Positions 25,763 to 34,427 of a DNA stretch of 64,000 bases are shown piece after piece. How positions within the stretch are numbered: position 1 is the first letter of the stretch; each line of letters begins with the position of its first letter. The position numbers were made by a program, and so were the translations under genes. The notes below the pieces were generated by a model that ran no database searches, was not told the DNA's origin, and saw only the letters and a list, made by a program, of their open reading frames with translations. The stretch is from Candidatus Falkowbacteria bacterium RIFOXYA2_FULL_47_19. GTDB taxonomy: Bacteria > Patescibacteriota > Patescibacteriia > Patescibacteriales > UBA12075. The stretch is taken from NCBI GenBank assembly GCA_001780275.1, contig MFGB01000022.1:1249-65248 (forward strand), given 5' to 3'.

Positions 25763-26010
25763 TAAAAAAACAGCATTTAACCCTCTAAAGAGAGAGTTCT
25801 CCGGCCACCTTTAAGCCGGAGAATTTATTAAAGGTAATATTCAGTTATCAATATCCATAATTTACAGGAAAACAGAAAAAAAAGCAATATTGACAGATTC
25901 TAATGTTTATGCTAATTTATTATGATTCCGAATGGTCGGAATCGCGGATCTTTGACATTTAACCAAGAGGCTTTATTTGCCGCTTATAGGGCTGTGCGTA
26001 TGGGAGGAAC

Positions 26011-26478
26011 ATGGATTTAACGCTTAGTAAATTAAATTGGGAACTTAAACTGTTTTTTCTGGACACATCTAGCCGAGTGAGCGAAGAAAATTTATCTGAT
26101 TTACTGATCCCTGGAGAGGCGCGTGATTTTTTTATCGCGGTCTATGGTTGGGCACCTGGACTCTTTGGCGACAACGGGACATATTTGTGTGCTATTTTTT
26201 TTGAAAGATATGATAAAGTCCACTTCTCTTCAGGGGTGCATACTGTAAAGCGGGATTTCTGGATTTATTTAATCGAAAAAATTGAAAAATTACTGAAGAT
26301 AAATTGGGGAAATGCCGAACCGGGAAAAAGACAAGCGCTTGCCGAATGGATTTCCGAAAAAAAACGCACTCTCGAAATTTCGTTTCCGGACAAAAGATTG
26401 CCCGCTGTCGTTAACGCGCCCCCGAAAGACATTCGCGGAATAATTATAGAAGATATTCTGATAACTTTTGAGCAATAG
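26011..26478 (+). CDS. Hypothetical protein, paralog 1 of 3
   Basis: ORF track. It shares LLIPGExRDF.I.VYG..WAPGL.G, FSSGV, ALAEWI.EKKRTLEISF.DKRLPAVVNA.PK with 26510..26992. Confidence 0.7.
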   Translation: MDLTLSKLNWELKLFFLDTSSRVSEENLSDLLIPGEARDFFIAVYGWAPGLFGDNGTYLCAIFFERYDKVHFSSGVHTVKRDFWIYLIEKIEKLLKINWGNAEPGKRQALAEWISEKKRTLEISFPDKRLPAVVNAPPKDIRGIIIEDILITFEQ

Positions 26479-26509
26479 TTCGGCGCCAATAGCCTTAGGA
26501 GAAACGTAG

Positions 26510-26992
26510 ATGGACCTAACATTAAATAATAATCGCGGATTAACCTGGGAGTTAACCTCTTTTTTCCAGGACGAATCAAGCCGGGTAGGGGAAGAAAACC
26601 TTGCGGATCTGCTTATCCCGGGAGAAGGGCGTGATTTTTATATTAGAGTGTACGGCGAGCTTTGGGCACCCGGTCTTTACGGGGAGCAGGGCGTCTGCCT
26701 GTGCGCTTTTTCTTTCGGGGAAAAAAACGAGATCAAGTTCTCTTCAGGGGTTTATTCGATAAAACCGGATTTTTGGCCCTTTCTGCTCGAACACTTGGAA
26801 AATACGCTTGATAAGAATTGGGGCGAGATCGAATCAGAGAAAAAACGGGCGCTGGCCGAATGGATAACGGAAAAAAAACGCACTCTCGAAATTTCGTTTT
26901 CGGACAAAAGATTGCCCGCTGTCGTTAACGCGTCCCCGAAAAAAATTCACGGAATTATGATTGAAGATATTCTCATCACTTTTGAACAATAA
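26510..26992 (+). CDS. Hypothetical protein, paralog 2 of 3
   Basis: See paralog 1. The 3' block 26869-26932 is nearly identical to 26356-26418. Confidence 0.7.
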   Translation: MDLTLNNNRGLTWELTSFFQDESSRVGEENLADLLIPGEGRDFYIRVYGELWAPGLYGEQGVCLCAFSFGEKNEIKFSSGVYSIKPDFWPFLLEHLENTLDKNWGEIESEKKRALAEWITEKKRTLEISFSDKRLPAVVNASPKKIHGIMIEDILITFEQ

Positions 26993-27049
26993 CCCGGCAT
27001 TAACAGCTTTATCCGCCGCCAAAAGGGCGGTCCGTAAAGGGAGAAAAAC

Positions 27050-27778
27050 ATGAAAGAAAAAAGACTGAAACTTAACGGGTATTGCGAATTAATCGGGGAG
27101 TTGAAAATTGTTTTTCATGAAACGGACACGCCTTTTGTGGGTGAGCAAAAATTAACGGATTTACTTGAAAATGAGAAAAAAATTTTTTCCGTTGATGTTT
27201 GGGGAAGACTATGGACGCCGGAAAACGGCGGTGGCCCTTACGGAAATTGCTGTAATTTATGCAGTATTGTTTTTCATAAAAAATCCCCAAAATTAGTCCA
27301 ACGCCTTGCGTGGCGTGCAATAAATATTTTCATTCCTGAATTTTTCTCCCTGTTATTTAGAGAGCTGGAAAAATTCGTGGCCGAAAATTGGGGCGAAGTT
27401 GAACTGGAAAAAAAACAGGCGCTCTTGACCTGGATAGAAAAAGAAAAAAGGCATCTGGCTGGCATAGAAACTTACAACAAAATCCGCGGACGGCTTGATA
27501 ACTGCCGCGAAAAAAATCTCGCCAATCCGAAAATCGTCGCGGCCTTAAACGATCTGGCCCGCGCGCTCGGTATCCTGCCGGAAAGAATTTGCCTCTACGG
27601 ACGACCTCGTGACGAAGAATATCAAAAGGCCAAAAAATCACTTAATCTGGCCGGGGTCAGACATGAGGAAAGCTACGGTATAAAACTAGAATTGTGGGTC
27701 GAGGGCAGGGGTTATCGCGGCCTCGAACAAATCCTTGAATATGCCGAAAACTGCCCAAGCATCCGGATCATTGCATAA
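27050..27778 (+). CDS. Hypothetical protein, paralog 3 (homologous N-terminal domain plus an extension of about 90 aa)
   Basis: KLTDLLENEK..VDVWGRLW..NWGEVELEKKQALLTWIEKEKRHL aligns with paralogs 1 and 2. Confidence 0.65.
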   Translation: MKEKRLKLNGYCELIGELKIVFHETDTPFVGEQKLTDLLENEKKIFSVDVWGRLWTPENGGGPYGNCCNLCSIVFHKKSPKLVQRLAWRAINIFIPEFFSLLFRELEKFVAENWGEVELEKKQALLTWIEKEKRHLAGIETYNKIRGRLDNCREKNLANPKIVAALNDLARALGILPERICLYGRPRDEEYQKAKKSLNLAGVRHEESYGIKLELWVEGRGYRGLEQILEYAENCPSIRIIA

Positions 27779-27801
27779 AAACAAAAAGGAGAAGATAACT
27801 T

Positions 27802-28017
27802 ATGAATAAACCGGAAAAATTGCACCACAAAAAACGACTCCTACGGACAACATTGATCCTGTCGGCTTTCCTGTCACTCGGCAGCGCTTTTCATATGTAT
27901 TACTGCGGGGCAAACTTGGCTAATTTTATTCTCTGTCTCTTACCGGGTCTGATAGCTTTCGCCAGCGATACGGCGCTAACAATGATCAAGAACATTAAAA
28001 CCGAGACTTGCGGATAA
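27802..28017 (+). CDS. Small 2-TM membrane protein
   Basis: ORF track. TLILSAFLSLGSAF and FILCLLPGLIAFA. Confidence 0.5.
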   Translation: MNKPEKLHHKKRLLRTTLILSAFLSLGSAFHMYYCGANLANFILCLLPGLIAFASDTALTMIKNIKTETCG

Positions 28018-28031
28018 ACCGCATTCAAACG

Positions 28032-28060
28032 AAAACCACTGCAAAAGCAGTGGTCTTTTA
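28032..28060 (+). terminator. Rho-independent terminator
   Basis: AACCACTGC-AAAA-GCAGTGGT followed by CTTTTATTT. Confidence 0.75.
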
Positions 28061-28184
28061 TTTCTATCGGTAATATTTTTGCGTCAGTACCGCTCCCCGG
28101 CACCCCTCCCGGCCTATCGGCCACCCTCCCCTAATTAGGGGAGGGATGGGGAGGGGTGTTGGCGCGAGGGTAAAATACGGTCAA

Positions 28185-28979
28185 TCAACTTACTTTTATA
28201 TAATTTTTCCACCGGTCATACAATTCCGCCGTCGCGATCACGTCCCAGGAATTGTAATCGGCGATTTCCTTATACTTTCTTTCTTTAAAAAGCCGGCCGA
28301 CGTCGTCGCCAGTGATGCCGTCCGCTTTAGGCGAATGGATCCCCAGCGCCCGGCAGTAAAGATGCAGATTGCCCTTACGCCTGACCGCGCCGTAAAAAGA
28401 GAGCTGGTCTAAAAGATCGACATGCTTTGCCCGATAATACTGGCTCCCTAAATAGCGGTTGGACATAAGATCGACAGACGGCTTTACCTTGCACGCCGCC
28501 GAGCGGAGAAGCAAGAACGGCACGTCGAAAGAGCGGCCGTTAAAACTCACGAATTCCGTGTAACGAGCCGCTCCCCGCCAAAAAGCTTCGAGCATATCCT
28601 TCTCGCTTTTGGGTTTAAAAACAAAATTAGCGTCTTTATATTCTTCAATCAGGGAATCCGGGGCCTGAAAATATACCACCCCCTTGTTTTTTTCCGTATC
28701 AAGGACGCCGATCGCCGCGATCTCGCCGGTCAAAGGCGAAAAACCCAAACCTTCCTTAAGGTCGGCTAAAAGCACGTTATACTTCCCTTCGTCATCACCC
28801 GCCTCGCGTCTGATCCAGCGCGTCAGACTCGCCCGAGTCGTTTCATCAAGCGAGTCGAAGTCCGCTCCGACGGTTTCAATGTCAAAAACTAGAGCCATTT
28901 TTAGATTGCCGATTGCCGATTTTCGATTGGCAATCTCTGCCATCGATAAATAAACAATCGCTTGTTCATATTCTTTCAA
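28185..28979 (-). CDS. RNase H-like / DEDD-type 3'-5' exonuclease family protein
   Basis: LVFDIETVG (Exo I), FVSFNGRSFDVPFL (Exo II), SWDVIATAELY (Exo III-like). The ORF as listed starts at TTG. The M at 28898 (MALVFDIE) is the more likely start, which leaves repeat 28903-28936 in the leader. Confidence 0.65.
   Translation of the reverse strand: MKEYEQAIVYLSMAEIANRKSAIGNLKMALVFDIETVGADFDSLDETTRASLTRWIRREAGDDEGKYNVLLADLKEGLGFSPLTGEIAAIGVLDTEKNKGVVYFQAPDSLIEEYKDANFVFKPKSEKDMLEAFWRGAARYTEFVSFNGRSFDVPFLLLRSAACKVKPSVDLMSNRYLGSQYYRAKHVDLLDQLSFYGAVRRKGNLHLYCRALGIHSPKADGITGDDVGRLFKERKYKEIADYNSWDVIATAELYDRWKNYIKVS
28903..28936. repeat. 7-nt-phased repeat GATTGCC/GATTGCC/GATTTTC/GATTGGC with palindromic ends
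   Basis: Units start at 28904, 28911, 28918 and 28925. Outer arms AGATTGCC / GGCAATCT. Confidence 0.9.
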
Positions 28980-29020
28980 TTTTTTCGATTATATAAAAAC
29001 AACCCCTTGATTATCGATTA

Positions 29021-29058
29021 AAACCAACAACCCGTTCCATTAAAGCGAACGGGTTGTT
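29021..29058 (-). terminator. Terminator of the lipoprotein gene
   Basis: AACAACCCGTTC-N9-GAACGGGTTGTT (12-bp stem). Confidence 0.75.
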
Positions 29059-29081
29059 TATGCTTCTGAGTGTTTATCCAT

Positions 29082-29104
29082 GACAAATCGACAATCGAAA
29101 ATCC
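29082..29104. repeat. 7-nt-phased repeat (ATCGA boxes)
   Basis: GACAAATCGACAATCGAAAATCC. Boxes at 29087, 29094 and 29101. It sits between the stop codon and the terminator. Confidence 0.75.
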
Positions 29105-29105
29105 T

Positions 29106-30116
29106 TTAATTGCATCCTCCGCTCGGAGCGGCCGCTCCGTCCGCACTTACCAAGGTCTCGCTGCATTCTGCAGGCGGATTATTGAAAGCGGCGCAGATCG
29201 CGGTCTTGTATCCTTCCGGAGTCCTGGCGGCGTTCGATTTTACGCCGTTGATCACGAGAGTCGGGGAACCGGTAACGCCGTATTGCTTAGCCGTCTGGTC
29301 TTCGGCGCCGATCATGGCCACGCCCTCGTTTTTCACGCAGGTATCGATCTTGGCGGTGTTCGTTATACCGGCATCTTTGGCCGCTTTCTGCCAACAGGTC
29401 TTATAAACATCGTCTCCGTTCCGATAGATCGGGTAGCAATCTTTATTGATATTGGTAATATATTTCCAGAGAACATCCTTCCCGTGATTTTTTTCCACGC
29501 AGAGCTGGCGGGCATCTTCGATGCCCTCGACCGGTCCGTGCAGGGACTGGACATTATTAATGTCGTCGCCCGCGATACTGGCGATAAACCGGATTTTAAT
29601 ATCAGCTTTATCTTTTAAGAGGTCGAATACAGGAGCCATTACGCCTTCAGCCTGGACGCCGTAAGGACAAAAAGACATCACGAAAAGCTCGACCACCGGC
29701 TTATCGGTCTTGGTAACCGCCGCACCGTTATCGGCCGGAGCCGCGTTCGGGTCGGCTTCGTTCGCCTGGTTCTTGGCCTGCACCTCCGCGATATCTATGC
29801 CGTTCACAAAAAATTTCTTACCGTCTTTGGACATGTACGAATCTACTTCCTGGCCGGCTCCATCCGCTCCGCCCGGAAGGCTTACTACGACCTTATAAAG
29901 GCCGTTCTCTTCGGTAACCTCCTTAATCGTCGCGGTCGTGCCCGGCTGCAGCAGGTTTTCGTTAATAAAGCTTCCGGCCAGCTCATTGGCCGCTTCCGGT
30001 GTGATCACAACCATCTTGTTCTTATTGCCCAGGGAGCAGCCGCTTATGATCACGGACAAAACCAGGGCCGAAAGAATGATTTTTTTCATAAATAAGTTAT
30101 ATCTCCCCTCCCGCAT
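29106..30116 (-). CDS. Thioredoxin-fold (DsbA-like) lipoprotein
   Basis: Lipoprotein signal MKKIILSALVLSVIISGC from the M at 30089 (the likely true start). CPYG redox motif in FVMSFCPYGVQAE. Confidence 0.7.
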   Translation of the reverse strand: MREGRYNLFMKKIILSALVLSVIISGCSLGNKNKMVVITPEAANELAGSFINENLLQPGTTATIKEVTEENGLYKVVVSLPGGADGAGQEVDSYMSKDGKKFFVNGIDIAEVQAKNQANEADPNAAPADNGAAVTKTDKPVVELFVMSFCPYGVQAEGVMAPVFDLLKDKADIKIRFIASIAGDDINNVQSLHGPVEGIEDARQLCVEKNHGKDVLWKYITNINKDCYPIYRNGDDVYKTCWQKAAKDAGITNTAKIDTCVKNEGVAMIGAEDQTAKQYGVTGSPTLVINGVKSNAARTPEGYKTAICAAFNNPPAECSETLVSADGAAAPSGGCN

Positions 30117-30338
30117 AGCCTAAAAAATAGTTATGACGACAGGTGAAATTATGATTATATTATTAAATAACACTTTAAGAATAGCAAATATGCTTATTTA
30201 AGTCAAAATCAAATTGACTTTCACCTTAATTTGTGCTAAACTAAGGATAGTTGCCGGTAAAATAAGGCGATTTTATTTTACGCGCGTTCTTTTATAAAAT
30301 TAAACATTAGTAAAGATATATCACGACAGGCGGTAAGT

Positions 30339-31052
30339 ATGGAAAAACCCGGAAACGAAGTGCCTTTAAAAAGCGAGCTTGGATACTATTATCCGGAATC
30401 GTGGGAGTGCCTGGACGGCCCCCATCCCCGCATAAAAAGAATTATCCGCTGTCCGGAAAAACTCCTACGGTTTTGTCGGCGGAATAAAGACGAGGACGCG
30501 GAAAAAGTGCCGGCTGAGGCGCTCACGGACGTGGAGAGAGAAAAAATGCTGACCTTGCGGCTCGCGGCTGAAGCCGTCCGGCTTAAAAAAGAATTTACGG
30601 AGCTGGAAGATTTCGGAGTACGCGTGCCGCGGCGCGATTTCCTGATCGGAAAAAATGAAGCCGGAGAAAAGGCCATCCTGACGGTAATTGACCGAGTGCG
30701 GGGAAAAAACCTGGAGAAGGCCGATGCGGCTGAAAACGGGAAAAAACTGTCGGCGAAGGGAGAAGAGCTATGCCTGTCTCTCATAAATTATCTGACAAGC
30801 AAAACCAGGGACCGCCAGCCGTATTTATGGGACGTTTTCCATTATAAACAATACGTATACGGACAAACCGAAAAAGACGAAGAAAACCATATTTACATGG
30901 TGGACGTGGAGCCGTTATATTGGGAATATAATAACGTAACCTGCGATTACGCCTGCGTAAATATATCACTTTGGCATTTAACGGCGCTCGTAAATCTTTT
31001 AGAGTTAAAAACCGGCCAAAAACTTAAAAAAATCAAAGAGTGGCTGCCCTAA
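30339..31052 (+). CDS. Hypothetical protein
   Basis: ORF track. The segments LWDVFHYKQYVY and IYMVDVEP look weakly kinase-fold-like, which is speculative. Confidence 0.55.
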   Translation: MEKPGNEVPLKSELGYYYPESWECLDGPHPRIKRIIRCPEKLLRFCRRNKDEDAEKVPAEALTDVEREKMLTLRLAAEAVRLKKEFTELEDFGVRVPRRDFLIGKNEAGEKAILTVIDRVRGKNLEKADAAENGKKLSAKGEELCLSLINYLTSKTRDRQPYLWDVFHYKQYVYGQTEKDEENHIYMVDVEPLYWEYNNVTCDYACVNISLWHLTALVNLLELKTGQKLKKIKEWLP

Positions 31053-31093
31053 GCCCTTAAGCGTCTTTCGGGCGGATAAAGCCGCCATTTTAC

Positions 31094-31165
31094 GCTCTCG
31101 TAGTTCAATGGATAGAACACCAGCCTTCTAAGCTGGTTATCTAGGTTCGATTCCTAGCGAGAGCA
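31094..31165 (+). tRNA. tRNA-Arg (anticodon TCT)
   Basis: Acceptor GCTCTCG/CGAGAGC, anticodon arm CCAGC-CTTCTAA-GCTGG, T arm CTAGG-TTCGATT-CCTAG. CCA is not encoded. Confidence 0.9.
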
Positions 31166-31190
31166 CATCTTCTAAAAATAACATATTATT

Positions 31191-31724
31191 ATGTCGACGA
31201 TCATTTTTTTGAGTTTCGTTATCGCTTTTTTCTTGATCATGGCGGAACAATTCTTTAATCTCCTCTTCCGCGGCTACGCGCCTTTCATATCGACCCGGCC
31301 GCAGGCGATCGATAAGATCGTGGCCGACCTGGAGCTGCCCGGAAAGGCGGTGGTTTATGAACTGGGCTGCGGCAAGGCGCCCCTGCTCCGCGCCCTCTCC
31401 CGGAAATATCCGCAAGCCGACCTTATCGGGATAGAAAACGAGCCGGTGCCTTACCTGATCGCGTCTATCCAGGCGAACCTGGCCAAAACCAATATCCGGA
31501 TCAAGAGAAAAAATCTTTTTAACATAAGCCTGGCTGACGCGGACGCGGTCTATTGCTATCTTAATCCGAAGATGATGGCCAAACTCGAAAAGAAGTTCCT
31601 CTCCGAATGCCGGAACGGCGCTATTGTGATAAGCTACCAATTCCCGATGCCCGAACTCAAACCGGAAAAAATCCTTGAGGTCGGCGAAGGGGAAAAGGTT
31701 TATTTTTACCGTATAAAAAAATAA
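31191..31724 (+). CDS. Class I SAM-dependent methyltransferase
   Basis: VVYELGCGKAPLL (motif I) and DLIGIE (motif II-like). The minus-strand ORF 31137..31640 is its shadow. Confidence 0.7.
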   Translation: MSTIIFLSFVIAFFLIMAEQFFNLLFRGYAPFISTRPQAIDKIVADLELPGKAVVYELGCGKAPLLRALSRKYPQADLIGIENEPVPYLIASIQANLAKTNIRIKRKNLFNISLADADAVYCYLNPKMMAKLEKKFLSECRNGAIVISYQFPMPELKPEKILEVGEGEKVYFYRIKK

Positions 31725-31929
31725 ATAAAAACATGGCTTTTGAAAAAATGTTAAATTTTTTTAAGCCGGGGACGATCGTCGCAGAGGACAAACGCGAAGA
31801 CATAGTTGCGCCAGAAAAGACGTCCGCCTTATAGCCGATGAGTTGTATAAATTAACGGAATATAAAGACGCGCGCGGAATAAATATGGACAAATATTAAA
31901 AGTTCTGCTACAATTTCATATTATATTAT

Positions 31930-32002
31930 GGTGGCTATAGTACAACGGTTAGTACATCGGGTTGTGGTCCCGGTGACGAGGGTTCGATTCCCTCTAGCCA
32001 CC
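31930..32002 (+). tRNA. tRNA-His (anticodon GTG) with encoded G-1
   Basis: G-1 plus acceptor GTGGCTA/TAGCCAC plus C73. Anticodon loop TTGTGGT. T arm GAGGG-TTCGATT-CCCTC. CCA is not encoded. Confidence 0.9.
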
Positions 32003-32028
32003 CTACATAAAATCGTCCCGAAAGGGAC
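31998..32028. repeat. Direct repeat DR1 (last 5 nt of tRNA-His plus the downstream hairpin)
   Basis: CCACCCTACATAAAATCGTCCCGAAAGGGAC, identical to 32956-32986. The hairpin CGTCCC-GAAA-GGGACG plus a T-run (32014-32036) also acts as the tRNA terminator. Confidence 0.9.
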
Positions 32029-32172
32029 GGTTTTTATTTGTCGCTTAGAGTATCTTTTCCACCTTCCTAGGTCAACCACATCATCTAAAAGAAAGGTTAC
32101 AGTACTAAATTTTTGCTGTGTATGTGTAAAATTGAGATTGCCATAAAAATATTGGCAGCATATAATTAAGAC

Positions 32173-32907
32173 ATGGAAATTTACTATCAACTATTAGAAA
32201 AATTAAGAACTATAGCCGAAAAAAGTCTAACCAATCACCCTGAGCCAAAAGAAGAAAAAGCGGGGTTATTGCTTTATGCGGTTGGCAAGGCAGATAAAAC
32301 ACTTTGTGCCATTGTTTTGTTGTGTCGTAATGGAATGGGCGAAGATGCCTTGATTTTATGTAGATCAATCTTCGAGATTTGTATTACAGTTGAATATATT
32401 TTTAAAGATCAAACTGATTATAGGGCTAAAAGATATTTTTCGTATGACTGGGTACAAAGAAAAAAGATGCTTGGTTATATAAGCACGGTTCCTCATATGA
32501 AAAAATATTTAACACCGGATAATCTTCAAATCGCAAATGACATAAAGAAGAACGCAAAAAAAGTTAACATGCTTTATAAGTATGGTTCTACGTGGTCCGA
32601 TAAAAGCATATATGAGATGGCTAGCGACGTAGGATTCTTAGATCTTTACCAAACAGCGTATAGAATTCAATGTAACTTAAGCCACTCAAACCCTAGATCA
32701 ATGAATGACTATTTTAAAGAAGAAAACGGTCATTTAATAATAAATTCGGGACCAAGCGACAATCTTGTGCAAGAAACACTTGTAACATCATTTCATTCTT
32801 ACTATTATATTCTTATGAAATTAAATAATTATTTTAAAAAAGGGCATGATACAGAACTTAGAGTGATAGAAAAAGAATTTATAAAAGCGTCAAATACCTC
32901 AATTTAG
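32173..32907 (+). CDS. Hypothetical protein (244 aa), single-gene cassette
   Basis: ORF track. AT-rich by eye. It reminds me of DUF5677-type proteins and has a possible Rx6H (RIQCNLSH). Both points are weak. Confidence 0.6.
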   Translation: MEIYYQLLEKLRTIAEKSLTNHPEPKEEKAGLLLYAVGKADKTLCAIVLLCRNGMGEDALILCRSIFEICITVEYIFKDQTDYRAKRYFSYDWVQRKKMLGYISTVPHMKKYLTPDNLQIANDIKKNAKKVNMLYKYGSTWSDKSIYEMASDVGFLDLYQTAYRIQCNLSHSNPRSMNDYFKEENGHLIINSGPSDNLVQETLVTSFHSYYYILMKLNNYFKKGHDTELRVIEKEFIKASNTSI

Positions 32908-32955
32908 TTTATTTACCAAATATTCCAAAAACAGTTTACCAAGCTTTTCGTTTAA

Positions 32956-32986
32956 CCACCCTACATAAAATCGTCCCGAAAGGGAC
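32956..32986. repeat. Direct repeat DR2
   Basis: An exact 31-nt copy of DR1, 49 nt after the cassette ORF stop. Confidence 0.9.
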
Positions 32987-33146
32987 TTTTTATATTTGGT
33001 TGGGGTTAGACTTTTACCCCACATACGATACGCTAACCGAAGGTTTGAATAAATATTTTCTAATTGGTATAATTTAAGCAAAGATTTCTTTTGGTCGTTT
33101 AGTTTTAACATCAAAAGCTTAAAAGCAGCTTATCTGCCAAAAAAAT

Positions 33147-34373
33147 ATGCCGGAACAATATAGCCCATATAAATTTTCAAATCTCCAGGAAAAAACCGGG
33201 GATAAGAAAGCGATAAATATCATATATCAAAACGAAAAACTCAAACTGCCTTTCAAGTTGGAAAATCTATCCTATTTCGTTGACCCGGCGGGGGAAACAG
33301 AATTAGCCAGCCATCCGCATCATCATCGCGCCGCCTGGCTGCCTGACACTGCGATTAGAGACGATCAGGGCAATATTTATTTCGAAACAACCATCAAGGG
33401 CTTGGGCTATCTCTATCCCGAAAGCTATCAAAGCAAGAAGGACAATTTTTACGGCCAGGATAATTCTGATATAACGGTACAAAGATCGGTGGAAGATCCC
33501 TGGGGATACAAAGTCCTGGGTTTATTTGATCGCCGCAACGTCTCCTCTTTAATTGAAAATATAAAAAAAATGAAACAAGCCGGACTGCGGTGCGAAGAAT
33601 TGGCTGGGGCTTTAGATTTAAAAAAGGTTTTGTTAGGCGGCGAGCCCGCCGATGCCGCTTTCCTGAAAAACTATCTGATCGATGAGGCTAAAAAACAAAA
33701 CTTCCCCCAAAAATATTTAGATGATCTCAAGGGCTTTGAACCGGCCTTGCTGATCCGGGTGTTGCGCGATAATACAAGAATACAGGATTTTTGTTCAGCC
33801 GCTATTGCGGAAAAGAGAGAAATTTTAACAGATGTTTTTAAGCGTCTTAATCTCGAAAATGAGTATGCGAAGAAAGAAACTCGATACGATATTAGCGATC
33901 CCGAGTCAATTAAAAAATATCTGGAAGATTTTTTTGCGCAGTCCGGAAAAAATTTAGCGATCATGCAGAATAACGGCGCCATGATGACCTATCTCAACTC
34001 CGGCAATATCACCTTATCATTGGGCGAGGTGGTAGATTTGGATTCCATTATTTTTCTTAATAAAGGTTTTTCCGCACATATTACTCCGGACGCGGCAAGC
34101 GGGATCCCTAAAGGCTTCAAAAAAGATATTCGCGATCAAATCTACGCCCTTGGCAAGATGTTCGCCAATGCCTTTGATGGCCTAATCCGGGTAGACGGTT
34201 CTCTGCGCGAGAAGCTAACAGCCGCTTTTCTCGACAATTACGGGAAAAATATTAATTCAGAAAAAATAGGACTATTAAAAATTGATCCGGATAAAGTTAA
34301 AAAAGTCGTGGCGGAATTCGCCGGCGATATGATCGCTCGAAACAGGAGCGTAGCGCCGATAAAATTAGCATAA
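33147..34373 (+). CDS. Hypothetical protein (408 aa)
   Basis: ORF track. An extended -10 TGGTATAAT sits at 33065-33073. Segments LNSGNITL and VVDLDS are weakly reminiscent of kinase-fold catalytic/DFG regions. Unverified. Confidence 0.6.
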   Translation: MPEQYSPYKFSNLQEKTGDKKAINIIYQNEKLKLPFKLENLSYFVDPAGETELASHPHHHRAAWLPDTAIRDDQGNIYFETTIKGLGYLYPESYQSKKDNFYGQDNSDITVQRSVEDPWGYKVLGLFDRRNVSSLIENIKKMKQAGLRCEELAGALDLKKVLLGGEPADAAFLKNYLIDEAKKQNFPQKYLDDLKGFEPALLIRVLRDNTRIQDFCSAAIAEKREILTDVFKRLNLENEYAKKETRYDISDPESIKKYLEDFFAQSGKNLAIMQNNGAMMTYLNSGNITLSLGEVVDLDSIIFLNKGFSAHITPDAASGIPKGFKKDIRDQIYALGKMFANAFDGLIRVDGSLREKLTAAFLDNYGKNINSEKIGLLKIDPDKVKKVVAEFAGDMIARNRSVAPIKLA

Positions 34374-34427
34374 ATAACTAGTTAAAATCTATGAGTACTA
34401 GCTTATGGATATTTATTTTTTAAAAAT

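Noticed and set aside
31137-31640. The minus-strand ORF of 167 aa.
   Set aside because: It overlaps tRNA-Arg and is antisense to the methyltransferase gene, which has clear SAM-binding motifs.
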